NCBI RefSeq assembly: GCF_006345805.1
Contig: NC_043014.1
Coordinates: forward strand, 43,834,001 to 43,898,000
Length of the DNA: 64,000 nt
Direction: 5' to 3'
DNA from: Octopus sinensis
Lineage: Eukaryota
How positions within the stretch are numbered: position 1 is the stretch's first letter; each line of letters starts with the position of its first letter. Both the position numbers and the translations under genes were made by a program. This document shows, piece by piece, positions 24,939 to 37,629 of this stretch. The notes under the pieces are model-generated. The model was not told the origin of the DNA. It searched no databases and saw only the letters and a list, made by a program, of their open reading frames with translations.

Positions 24939-25743
24939 TAGGCATACCTCACCCTACATTGTTAATTGGTCCCAAGAGACACGACTTAAGTCGAATTAAC
25001 TTGTCTCTAGGCTAGGCTAGGCTAGGCTGAATTTACTTTCTCTAGGCTAAACCTATCGATGACGGTGTTCTTCATCCCTGGGGCTTCAGGTTTGATATGT
25101 ATTAAAATGTTGTCCTTATTATGTACAATTGTCGATACAGTTGTCCAACTCATCTCAAAAGATTGTGCAATTCCTACCACTTTTTCACTTTTGCATGGTG
25201 TTTTATCATAGCCAGTTTATCTTCCAGCATTATAGCATGATGCTTAGTACTTTCACTATGAATTTTCTTAGGAGCCATGGGGAGAAAAAACAAAGTCACA
25301 AATCAATGAGAATGAGAAAGTAGATGATAAACAGACATAAACAAATCTAAATTCAAAACAATTGTGGGAATCATGAGTGATTCCCACACACCTAATGGTA
25401 GATATTGGAACTACAGTGCAATATGAGCTCCGAAAGACCGATAGATATAGCAACACAGCTTATTTCATGATTTCATTCACTAAGCTACACTACTTTATGG
25501 TGTGTATCTTAACATTTACTGTACTTATTTTAATATGATTTTATTCTTATTTTTTGTACAGTAACATGATTTTATGTGCTTTTAATGGTTTCAGTGATTT
25601 TACGATTCTCATATTTGTAGTAGGCATGTAAAATCAAGTAAAATTACTTAACTTGATTATTATTTTTCCATATATTATTATTAAAAACCAATGTATAACT
25701 GAGAATGACTTAAATTGAAATGACTTAAGCCGAGGTATGCCTG
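24939..25743 (-). mobile_element. Tigger/pogo-like DNA transposon, internally deleted
   Basis: TA TSD (24937-24938, 25744-25745). TIRs (T/C)AGGCATACCTC ... GAGGTATGCCTG match Tigger1-type ends. Transposase N-terminal remnant inside. Confidence 0.85.
25052..25278 (-). pseudogene. Pogo/Tigger transposase N-terminal (CENP-B/psq-type HTH) remnant
   Basis: MAPKKIHSESTKHHAIMLEDKLAMIKHHAK/frameshift/EKVVGIAQSFEMSWTTVSTIVHNKDNILIHIK is typical of a Tigger-type HTH; one frameshift. Confidence 0.75.
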
Positions 25744-26704
25744 TACTTGTAGTTGAGAACCATGGCAGTAATTTGATGTATATGTGGTATACGGGAAATG
25801 CTGTAGAAATACTGTAATATTGATGGCAACAATGGTGACAATTGCCCTCAAGTCAGTCTATATTGAGTTGACTTTTAATCAAAGACATTCCAGTCATGAC
25901 CATCCGTGATTTGCTTTTCTTCTTTTGTTATGGGCAGTGTGTGTCTTGGACTATATTATTCATTGTATCATTCTTTAACCTAGTAAGTGGAAGATTTGGT
26001 TGTTACTTCTAGCAAGTCAAGAATCCCATCCCCCTAAATCCTTCCTCATTAGCTGATATTATTGTACATATTGTACATAGTGAGTGTGTAGTATTTAGAA
26101 ATACATATAGAGATGCATTGTGTGTGTGTGTGTGTGTGCATGTATTCATGTGTGTACCATGAATGTGCATTGATTGCATATGAAGTGTTTAGAGAAAGTG
26201 CAATCAGCTTAATCATTCTGCGTTTGCATACGTGTACGTGTGTCTGTGTGCGTATGTGAATAGCTGTCGACCATATATACGTGACAAGGTGTATATCCGA
26301 AATATTTAGATACACATCTGTAGAGGCACTTAAATCCAGAATCGTGTGGTGCTTACGACGTTTTAGAAGTAACACAACGAAATTCCGTGAAGCTGTAAGT
26401 AGTTAATAAAATTGCCTGTTCCAAGCAACGAGTTGCACTTGTGAGTTTCACCTAACGAATGCCTTTCGATCACACTTTGTTCATCTTCATCACAGTTAAC
26501 AGGTGATCATTCACCTGCCTGGGTTTCAGCGTTCTTCCTGGCTGTGTGCATAAAAACATTTTCAAGTGTTACACAATATTGCATTATTCCAAACAAGTTT
26601 GGTAAGTTTCTTCAAGCTGAGCACCGCACCTCGCCTCACACACAATTCACTCCTGTTTAATGCGACAGATACAGATGTTTCTTGCTCTCTCTTCCTCTTT
26701 TCTT

Positions 26705-26739
<35 letters not shown>

Positions 26740-27227
26740 TCACACACACACACACACACAAAATGTAATTTAGATTTCAGTTGGATTAGGTACTTAAATT
26801 CAGGCACCATGTTAGGACAAACTTATTTGCACACTCAAACATATATATAGCGGGCATGGCTGTGTGGTTAGGGAGCTTGCTTCATAGCTACATGGTTTCG
26901 GGTTCAGTCCCACTGCGTGGCACTTTGAGTAGGTGTCTTCCACTATAGCCTCGAGCCGACCGGAGCTTTGTGATTGAATTCGGTAGGTGGAAGTTGCTGC
27001 CGTGTGTGTATGTGTGCGTTTAGCTGCTCAGTGCCTCTCCGAAAGAGAGAGAGGAGAGGGTATGTATGTATGTATATATATATATAGATATTTGTATGTG
27101 TGTGTGTGTGTATATATGAGCTTCGCAATCATTCACACTCAAAATCTCCCACCACCACCACAGCTCTTTCACCTCCTTACAAAATCACTTTCTTCTCTTA
27201 CCATCCAGAACCATCTGGTTAACCTTT

Positions 27228-27540
27228 CAGAAATATTAGCACGCCGGGTGAAATGCTTTGCGATATTTCGTCTTCCGTTATGTTCTGAGTTCAAATTCCA
27301 CCGAGGGGTCGACTTTGCCATTCATCCTTTTGGGTTCGATAAATTAAGTACCTGTTACACACTGGGGTCGATGTAATCAACTTAATCCATGTGTCTGTCC
27401 TTGTTTGTCCCCTCTGTGTTTAGCCCCTTGTGGGTAGTAAAGAAATAGGTATTTCGTCTGTTGTTACGTTCTGAGTTCAAATTTCATCAAGGTCGACTTT
27501 GCCTTTCATCCTTTCAGGGTCGATAAAATAAGTACCACTG
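27228..27540 (+). mobile_element. SINE family B plus tandem partial copy
   Basis: Same architecture and junctions as 21892-22207. Confidence 0.8.
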
Positions 27541-28889
27541 GTATATATATATATATACTGTTATTAAAGCTGCACAATTGTGTCACAACTGTAAGATAAA
27601 CGGGAATGTGAAACTCTGAGTAACAGTTTTTGTGATAATTTTGCAGCGGCGAAGTGGCAGAAACATGAGCAAGCCGGGTGAAATGCTTAGCATTCTATGT
27701 TCTGAGTTCAAATTCTGCCATGGTTGACTTTGCCTTTCATTCTTTCAGGGTTGATAAATTAAGTACCAGTTGTGTACTGGGGTCGATGTAATCGACTAGC
27801 ACCCTCCCCAAAAATTTCGGGTCCTTGTGCATAGAGTAGAAAAGAATTTTGCAGCCTTAATAAAAGCATATTACTCTGCTTTTGGTATTCGAGTACTATT
27901 TTTCCACCTTGTTTTACACTTGTATGCTCACTTGTGTGTGTATATGTATGTATAAGTGTGTGTGTGTGTATTTGATGTTGGCAGAAGTGGTGCTATAAAT
28001 TCTATGCAAATGTATTGTCTGTTACTTTATGAATTAGATGTTGTTTTTCAACTGAAGCCCATAATCCAGCCAGGAATTTGGGGCCGTCTTTGAAAAGTTA
28101 TTTGTTAGGAAGCTGCCATATTTGCTCTTAATCCCATGTATAATCTCTGATTCTGCTTGCATTACTTTGTGAAGATTAAGGCAGTATTTATCAGCCATTT
28201 ACAAGTGATAGTATTTTTTTTTGTTTTTTTTTTTTTGGTGGGGTGGTTCTGCCTTATACTCACCTGTCTTTGAGGTCCAGCAAAAAGTCTTAGATGCTGT
28301 CTTTACTTCTTTGACTGCACAATCACCATCACTATTCATCACTTTTCGTTTTTGCATGTATCAGATGGAATATGTTGAGAGAGATTTTCTATGGCCAGAT
28401 ACCTTTCCTGTCACCAACCTTTATTTGTTTCCAAGGAAAGTAATGCTTTCTCATGAACAGATATGTTTTTTCATATATGTATACATATATACGACGGGAT
28501 TCTTTCAGTTTCCGTCTACCAAATCCACTCACAAGGCTTTGGTTGGCCCGAGGCTATAGCAGAAGACACTTGCCCAAGGTACCACACAGTGGGACTGAAC
28601 CCGGAACCATGCGGTTCGTAAGCAAACTACTTACCTCACAGCCACTATATATATATCTCCCTTCTATATATATATCCCCCTTCTATATATATATCCCCCT
28701 TCTATATATATATCCCCCTTCTGTCTCAGCATGTGTTAGCTCCAATGAGTTCTGATACCTTGTGCTTGTGATGCCTACCTTTCCAATATCTGGGCTAACG
28801 ACTTATCTCAGTATACTCTCAGACTATGCCAGCTGCTGAGGCAATGCCATTAACTTGGTCTGCTGTCTGAAGACACCTGGTTACTCGCT

Positions 28890-29221
28890 CTGGTAAACGG
28901 TGACAGTATCTTGTGAGATCAATACCTTAAAATCAATGTTAAATAGATCTACTGATTGATGGTACCCAGGTATGCATTTAGGTAAATAGCAATAATGTCT
29001 TGTCCGATCAATTCTTTAAAACCAATATTAAATAGGTCTATTGATTGATGGTACTGGGAAACACATTCAGGTACATAGAAAATGATGTCTCATGAGATCA
29101 ATAGCTTAAAGTCAATATTAAATAAAATCCATTGATTGATGGTAGCCAGGTATGCAATCAGGTAAAAATTGACAGTGTCTTTTAGATCAATAGCTTAAAG
29201 TAATTATTAAATAATCTATTT
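28890..29221. repeat. ~89-90 bp tandem repeat, about 3.7 copies
   Basis: GATCAAT at 28917, 29006, 29096 and 29185; GATTGATGGTA at 28954, 29043 and 29134. Confidence 0.85.
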
Positions 29222-29440
29222 CATCTACTTCCATGTCGTTGAAAGTTTGGATCTTTGGTTACATTTGTGCTGTATTCTTTCATATATGTGTGTGTGTGTA
29301 AGGTCCAAGGATGAATATGTTTTAGCCCCAAGGCTGTGGCTATACTGGTGGTGCTCTAGCATGGCCACAGCCTTAGGGCTGAAACATGTAAAAGAATAAA
29401 AAATGCCTTCTTTTCCATATTTGTTGAAATGTATGAATGG

Positions 29441-30028
29441 TTCCTTCTTGAGCCATGCCTGGCTCATAAGGGCCGGTTTCCTGGTTTCTTGGCGTATAGG
29501 TTCCCCACCTGGATGGGATGCCGGTCCATCGCAGGTGAGCTGCAGGATGCAGGAGGAAAGAGTGAAAGAATCAGCAGAAGTTCGCCATTACCTTCTCCCA
29601 GAGTTGCGTGGAGCTTAGGTGTTTCGCTCATAAACACACACATCGCCTGGTCTGAGATTTGAACCCGCGATCCCTCGACCGCGAGTCCGCTGCTCTAACC
29701 ACGTGCCTCCACGTGTTCTTTTTATTGTTTGTTCCTTCTCGAGCCATGCCTGGCTCATAAGGGTCAGTTTCCCGGTTTCTTGACGTATAGGTTCCCCACT
29801 TGGACGGGACACCGGTCCGTCACAGGTGAGCTGCAAGATGCAGGAGGAAAGAGTGAGAGAAAGTTGTGGCAAAGGAGTCAGCAGAAGTTCGCCATTACCT
29901 TCTGCCGGAGCCGCGTGGAGCTTAGGTGTTTTCACTCATAAACACACACATCGTCCGGTCTGAGATTCGTAACCGCGATCCCTTGGCCGCGAGTCCACTG
30001 CTCTAACCACTAGGCCATGTGCCTCCAC
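29441..30028 (-). mobile_element. Head-to-tail dimer of SINE family C (tail type 3)
   Basis: Two copies flanked by a single 13-bp TSD, AATGTATGAATGG (29428-29440, 30029-30041). Confidence 0.85.
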
Positions 30029-30622
30029 AATGTATGAATGGCATTATGAGTGAGAGTTATCAACTGTGTCAAGTCATCGAATGTTTTAAGAAGCTAGCAA
30101 AGAAATTTGATAAACTTACCTGAGTATATTTGGCATCACCTGAATTGTGCTGAAGTCAGGACGACTCAGGTATCAAGGAAGGAAGAAAAACAAACAAAAG
30201 CAGAACAGTTTTATTCTACATTTAGAATTATATATAAATGTAGTTACTAACAACAGAAGCACCCACTCTTCTATTCTCCAATCAATAACTATTTCCTACG
30301 CTGAAGGAGTGATGCAACCTTTCAGATCAGGTGACATGAATGTATACAGTGTCCCTCACCGGTTGTCTAATGGGTGTTGAAAGACTTTCAGAATGTAATC
30401 AGAGCTCAATGAAAGCTTCACCAACTTTGATAACAAACCAACAGGGGAGCCACTATGATGGCATTTGATATGCTAGAAATAGTAGCAAAATATCCCTAAA
30501 ATCACATCCTAATTTTTTTTTTCGTTTTTGACATAGAAAAGGTACACATTGGATCAAGTAATAAGAAGGGACAGTCATGGTTGGAATGTTTTTGATCCAA
30601 TATCGTAACCAGTGGTGTGAGG

Positions 30623-30852
30623 CGGCGAGCTGGCAGAAATGTTAGCGTGCTGGGCGAAATGTTTAGCGGTATTTTGTCAGCCGCTACGTTCTGAGTTCAA
30701 ATTCCACCAAGGTCGACTTTGCCTTTCATCCTTTCGGGGTCGATTAAATAACTACCAGTTATGCACTGAGGTCGATGTAATCGACTTAATCCGTTTGTCT
30801 GTCCTTGTTCGTCCCCCTCTGTGTTTAGCTCCTTGTGGGTAGTAAAGAAATA
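30623..30852 (+). mobile_element. SINE family B with 9-bp TSD
   Basis: GGTGTGAGG at 30614-30622 and 30853-30861. Confidence 0.85.
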
Positions 30853-31612
30853 GGTGTGAGGGAGTCCACCCCAAGTGATTCTTTTATAAAGGCAGCACTT
30901 TTAGGTTTGCCGTATAAGATTGTATGGGGTTAGGGGCCCAAGGTGGGGAAGAGCAAACTCAAGGGCTGCTCCAGGCAGCACACACTCTAGCTGCACCACT
31001 GCTTTGATCATTGATCCACTGAACCAGAGCCAAGCTGAGACTTCACAACAACAAAGGAGGTAATCATCATTACCTGGCCATTCTCAAGTACTCAATACTT
31101 CTTATAAAGTGTGTCTTGCATGGTAGCTATTATTGTTTGGTCCTAGGGAAACCCCTGACTGAGCTCTTTGTTTCTGCTGTGACCATCCCATTGTATTTAA
31201 TGGATCCTCTTATAAGACAGGTTACTCTTTTACTTGTTTCAGTCATTTGACTGTGGCCATGCTGGAGCACCGCCATTTAGTCGAGCGAATCGACCCCAGG
31301 ACTTATTCTTTGTAAGCCTAGTACTTATTCTATCGGTCTCTTTTGCCGAACCGCTAAGTTACGGGAACATAAACACACCAGCATCGGTTGTCAAACAATA
31401 GTGGGGAGACATAGACACACAAACGTATACACACACACATGGTCCCTACAAGTTGTTTCTTTGTTAATCTTTAGTAGATGGCTTCCTTATGTTTCATATT
31501 TAGATTCTTTGTTACAAACAGGCTGCTTACAAAGGGCTGAGTCACTGTAATATAGGAACCAGAAAAGACCCCCAACCTCTACTCCCAGCATCATCTTTTA
31601 CCAATTATATAC

Positions 31613-31828
31613 TCTTTTACTCTTATACTTGTTTCAGTCATTTGACTGCGGCCATGCTGGAGCACCACCTTTAGTCGAGCAAATCGACCCCGGGACTTAT
31701 TCTTTGTAAGCCCAGTACTTATTCTATCGGTCTCTTTTTGCCGAACCGCTAAGTGACGGGGACGTAAACACACCAGCATCGGTTGTCAAGCGATGGTGGG
31801 GGGGACAAACACACAGACATATACACAC

Positions 31829-31860
<32 letters not shown>

Positions 31861-32028
31861 TTACGACAGGCTTCTTTCAGTTTCCGTCTACCAAATCCAC
31901 TCACAGAGCTTTGGTCGGCCCGAGGCTATAGCAGAAGACACTTGCCCAAGATGCCACGCAGTGGGACTGAACCCGGAACCATGTGGTTGGTAAGCAAGCT
32001 ACTTACCACACAGCCACTCCTGCGCCTA
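31613..32028 (-). mobile_element. SINE family A, full length, little diverged
   Basis: Complete head-to-tail match with CpGs retained. Confidence 0.88.
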
Positions 32029-33675
32029 TATGTCCTATATGTCCACTAAATGCTCGTTTTACATACAGCTGTAGAAATCTTGTCTAAGCTGACCATGGAA
32101 ACTAACACAGCCCTTGGGCTAGTCTGGCCCTGTCGAATTGTTCAACCGATGCATGTATGGAACGCAGATAGTAAATGATGATTATAATGTGATGAAATCT
32201 TACTTTGCCTACCTAAAAGTGAACATTACAAGTACTTATTTCAAGCTATTATAAAGTAAATTCGTAGGTACATGAACCAATCAAGGTGACACACTTAAGA
32301 AATAAAATACAATTAGAAATATATTGTTTAAGTTGCACATTCAGTGTCATCTGTTGTAAACACATCAGATATTTGTGTTTCTCTTAACACAAAGAGTAAA
32401 AAAATGTTCTCGTCTCCTTATTCTTTGTGTGTCTTGTAAAATAAATTGAAATGAATTTAATTCTATTGTTAACATTTTAAAAAAATATATGTTTAGCTCT
32501 TAATTTTATTGTAAACATTAAAAAAATGAATAGACATAATTAAGTTTAGGTTTTATTTCTTTTTAGTAATCGGTAAGATTAAATAGTAAATATGTTTATA
32601 TATTAAAAACAAAAGCCAAAAAAAAAAAAAACAGAACTGCTTTTGAGCAAACTCGAAAGAAAATAAAAATTGAGAGCCTCATGGCTTTACATCCATTTTT
32701 ACATTTACTTTGTTTATTTGTGCAAAAATACAGTTTTTAAAAACAAGAAAAGACATAGAAAGTTGCATTTCAAAAACAATACTTAGTTTTAATTCTGTTG
32801 TGTTGCAAATATTATAAAGAAAATATTGCATTTAGCCTTAATCTTATTGTGAAAGTAAGAAACAAATTTCATATTTTGCACATTTACTCTTAACCCTTAT
32901 GGACCATATTTCTGTTGAAAGACACTCTCTTTGTTTTGAAATAATTTGGGAAGTAATAAATAATCTAGTGGAAAATAATTTTGTTATTATTAAGTTGATG
33001 CTTAGAATCGTTAGCACGCCGGGTGAAATGCTTAGCGGTATTTTGTCTGCCGCTATATTCTGAGTTCAAATTCCGCCGAGGTCGACTTTGCATTTCCTCC
33101 TTTCGGGGTCGATTAAATAAGTACCAGTTACGCACTGGGGTTGATATAATCGACTTAATACATTTGTCTGTCCTTGTTTGTCCTCTCTGTGTTTAGCCCC
33201 TTGTGGATAGTAAAGAAATAGGCAGTGAGATGACCAAATCTTTTGGCACACCAGGCACAATGCTTAGTGGCATTTGGTCTGTCCTTTAAGTTCTGAGTTC
33301 AAATTCCACTGAGGTTGACTTTGCCTTTCATCCTGTTGAGATCAATGAAATAAATACCAGTTGGGTACTGAGATCAATGTAATTGAGTTACCCCTTCCCA
33401 CAAGATTGCCTTCTGCCAAAATTTGAAACCATTATTAAGACATGAATTAACATGAAATTTTAATGCAAGATTTTAATTTAGAACACTTAAAAACAAAAAT
33501 TTTGTATCATAGAACCAGGTATGGTCACAGACTCGGAATGGTGCCAAAAGAGCGAATGCAAATGCTAAAAGAATGTTATATATGTACTAATGTTTCTTTT
33601 ATTCCTTTTACTCTTTTACTTGCTTCAGTCATTTGACTGTAGCCATGCTGCAGCACCTCCTTTAGCTGGAGCACC

Positions 33676-34817
33676 ACCTCCATACATCAGACTGAGTATG
33701 CAATGCTCTGTACATTGTCAACAGTTCCTTCTTTCTCCTATCTGTTTGTCCCAATAACTTCTTTTTCCATGTGATGATGCATACACTATAGCTGTTGATT
33801 GACATTGCTCTGGAATAGGTGTAATTGTTTTTAAACTGTTGAGCTTTGATTTCAGAATCTTTCTATCCCTCTTCTAGTATTTGCTTGACGTTTTTATCTT
33901 TCATCATTTTGTTCTTGATACCATTAGCTTCTAGGAGTCCACAATATTTGTATCCTCCCTCTCGATTTATCTTTTGCATTGCTTCCTTCTTTGGAAGTTT
34001 GATCCCATTGCAGTGGTGGAATTTTTCCATTTTCATCATGCTCGCTTATTCCACCTTCCATTTTAATTTTCTCACTGACTATTGTAACTTAATTCACATC
34101 TCTATTTGTTTCTCTATCTTACTATAGAACCTGAGGTCATCCATAAATAGCAAATGGCTTCTGGTCCCTTTGCCCTTTCCGAGATGATAGTCTGCTTTCC
34201 TTTTGTTTATAATATGATAATATGAAGAGATTAGGTGACATGCTATCCCCTTGAAAAATACTATTTATTTCAATCATCCTTAACCCTTTTGATACCAACC
34301 TGGCCAGAACCGCCTATGGCTCTGTAGTACAAATATCTTGTTTTCATAAGGTTTTGAATTAAAATCTTCCACCAAACCTTAGTCACAATTTATATTCCTA
34401 ACACTAGCTTAATGATAACTAAGTTCTTTTATTAAATTCTTTGTTATATTTAAAATTAATTGAATGAAACACAGAGCATCTCAAAATGAATATGGTGATG
34501 AAAGGGTTAAAGATCTTTCACTAGATGTTAATTCAGTTCTCCAAGATTGCATATTGCTTTCCCTCACATTCCTTGTATTTGGATCAGTTTTAAAGAGGTC
34601 TAGACATTTGATGATCCAAAAGTAGGGCAACCCTGAGAAAGGCCTTGTGAAGGGCCTTATAGTTAGCTCATGCTGTAGCTAGTCTGACTTGTCTCCTTTT
34701 GCAATTTCTAATAATTAGTCGTCTCTCGGAATTTGGTTTTTGGGGCCAGTGTATTGTATTTTGCAACGTCTTTGTTCTGTGGGCAGGAGGCCTTTCTCTT
34801 TTAAGTGGTCATATAAC
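33676..34817 (-). pseudogene. Degraded R4/Dong-clade reverse transcriptase, interrupted by a TTAA MITE
   Basis: Minus-strand fragments in the expected RT order: YDHLKEKGLLPTEQ..., WIIKCLDLF...SWRTELTS, IFQGDSMSPNLF, HLLFMDDLR, GIKLP...GGYKYCGLLE, KILKSKLN, LLTMYRALHTQSDV. Many stops and frameshifts. Confidence 0.8.
34284..34506. mobile_element. piggyBac-like MITE
   Basis: TTAA TSD (34280-34283, 34507-34510) and CCCTTT...AAAGGG termini. Related fragments near 3408-3570, 56024-56220 and 63973-64000. Confidence 0.8.
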
Positions 34818-35589
34818 TATCATCGTCATCATCATCGTCATCGCTGCTAAGATTGTGGCTCAAGCAGAACCCAACATCCAAATCAATAACACAGCTATAC
34901 GTGTGTTTATTTGTGTGTGGTATCTATGTGTGGCTGTTATGCATTTTATCTCTTCTCACCTCTTAATTTTCTGCTTTCTACAATTTTACATACTTCTTTC
35001 TACCAAGTGAACAAAGTGCTTCAAAAGTTCTTTTTTTTTTATATTCTTTCCTTACGAGAGAAGCAGAATAAAACAGTGAGAGAGAGAGAGAGAGAGGGAG
35101 GGAGGGATAGACAGAAAGGGGCTGGGGAATGAAAAGGAAGAGTAGAAAAAGGACAACAACATGGATTGCATTCGTCTTCTTCTAAAACTCGAATCCAATA
35201 CAAAACTTGATTGGTTTGTGGAGTGGGTGTAGTTAAAGTACTTGTGGAAGGCCGACTTTCTTTTCATTAAGCTTGTTCACATTTCACAACAAATAGGTAT
35301 GGTTGAGGCGTTGGCAGTGGCGGTGATGGGAGGGGGGGAGGCGAAACGGTTCTTCTTCTTCTCCAACCTACATGACAAATTTTTTTGATAACGGGGCTCC
35401 ATGGCTATCCAAAAATCTCTTATGCCGTGTCATGATACCAGCACTGGAATTAATTGATGCTTAAAACATTCTGTAAGGGTTCTTGAAGCAGACCCTTGAA
35501 AATGAAATTGCCAACCACTTTGTCTTTTAAAGGTTTGGAAGGCTGAAAGAGGGGAAAAATAAAAAAATAAAAAACTGACAAATTACAGT

Positions 35590-36000
35590 TGTGGTGGTGG
35601 TGGTGGTGGTGGTGGCGGCGGTGGTGGTGGCAGCAGCTGCTGGAATGGTATTTGTTGTGGTGATGGTGATGATGCTGGTGTTGGTGATTAAAGTGATAGA
35701 AGTTACGATGGGAGATGCTAATGGTGGTGGTGTTGGTGGTTGTGGTTGTCGTCATGGTAATGTTGGTGATGAGAATATTTGGGGTGGAGGTGGTGGTGGT
35801 GGCGGTGGCAGCATCACCAATAATGATGGTGATGACATTGCTGACGATAACGTTAGTGCAACTAATGGAGTTGGTAGTAGCATCAGAGCTGATGGCAATG
35901 CTAATAAATAATAACACTGGTGAAAGTAAAGGTGGTGATGGTGGTGGTGGTGGTGGTAGTGGTGGTGGTGATGGTGGTGGTAACGTTGATGGTGGTGTTG
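35590..36000. repeat. Decayed (GGT/GAT)n low-complexity tract
   Basis: Direct inspection. Confidence 0.85.
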
Positions 36001-36489
36001 ACAAAGGTAAAACCCCAATTGGCCAAAAGATAGTGTTTGGGAATCAGATAAGCTGAATAAACAACACTTCCCAACATCATTTTTTGTCATATCACTTTGT
36101 GGAATCACGAAAGTTATGATTATCTCCCCTTGGGAAAATACATCGCAATTTAGGGTCACATGGTTATGAGACTCGCTTTGTAACCATGTGGTGGTTTCAG
36201 GTTCCTCTGAGCAAGTGTCTTCTAATAGCCTTGGACTGACCCTTACATTCTGTGAACTGATCATCTCATCTCGTTTTGTTTTTGGAAGATTTGGCTGCTA
36301 TTTCTTGCAGATTAGCAACCAGTGCTAAAGTATTCCAGTTCTCTTTATTTCTGCGATTATTGTGGTGATGAGTGTTCATCCATGTATCTGATGAAAGTCC
36401 ATTCAGAATTCATACCAATTGTCTCAGCACTCTTCAAAGCAATGTTTGGTCGAATTCTGTGAAACGGACACGCAAATATGAGAGGCAAG

Positions 36490-36805
36490 CTTCAGGTTTG
36501 CCATCGTCAGGTTGTGAGTTAGATTCTTGGATTTGGCTGTGTGTTGTGTTCTTGAGCAAGACACTTTATTTCATGCTGTTCCAGTTCACTCAGCTGTAGA
36601 AATGAGTTGCAACATCATTGGCGCCAAGCTGTATCAGCCTTTGCCTTTCCTTTGGATTGCATCGGTGGCATGAAGAGGGGAAGCTGGTATACATGGGCAA
36701 CTGCTAGTCTTCCACAAACACCCCTTCCCAGAATTGTGCCTTGGAGGGGAACTTTCTAGGTGCAATCCCATGATCATACATGACCAAAGAGATTCTATAC
36801 CCTTT
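36490..36805 (+). mobile_element. Degenerate SINE family E
   Basis: Inverted homolog at 62840-63175 (GGAACTTTCTAGGTGCAATCCCATG). Confidence 0.7.
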
Positions 36806-37395
36806 TCACACATAAACACACACATAAGCGTTAAACTAATACATCTGTTTGTTGTTTACACACCTGTCTTCATCTTTTGTTTTTTTGTAAATTATCACTA
36901 TTTATAAAATTCAATTGGAGGTTATGTTAGCTGCATGAAGGGGTGGTATCATCCAAGGAAATACTGGGGGAATTGATTTATAACTCAAATTCTATTTACC
37001 TACTCTGTCTTACCTCCAACCAACCTGCAAACCCCTAGCCCGAACACATAAAAATACAAATCATAAACAAGATCATTTAGTCTGCTATAATCAATCCTTA
37101 AACACACATATTAAACATCTAAGGGTATATTTTTTTTTCACCTCTAAAGATATGCTTAGGGCATATGAATTTAATATTTAATTAATTCAATGAATATTAA
37201 TTGAAACACCTGTAAGGAATAATGATTGATTTATTGTTGATAATAATCATTTTCTTTTTCTTCCTTTACACACACACACACAAAGAGAAAAAGAGACAGA
37301 AACAGATTGGGAGATGTCTGTGTACATGTATGTGTCTTTTTTTTCTGTCTCTACCACATTGTGAGTGAATTTGGAAGGCAGAAACTTTATGAAAG

Positions 37396-37629
37396 GCGGC
37401 GAGCTGGCAGAATCGTTAGCACGCCGGGTGAAATGCTAAGCGGTATTTCGTCTGCCGTTACGTTCTGAGTTCAAATTCCACTGAGGTCGACTTTGCCTTT
37501 CATCCTTTTCGGGGTCGATAAATTAAGTACCAGTTACGCACTGGGGTCGATATAATCGACTTAATCCGTTTGTCTGTCCTTGTTTGTCCCCTCTGTATGT
37601 AGCCCCTTGTGGGTTGTAAAAAAGAAAGA
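37396..37629 (+). mobile_element. SINE family B with 16-bp TSD
   Basis: AGAAACTTTATGAAAG at 37380-37395 and 37630-37645. Confidence 0.9.

Noticed and set aside
35450-36264. His-, Pro- and Gly-rich ORFs
   Set aside because: Decayed GGT/GAT trinucleotide tract, open in several frames on both strands.
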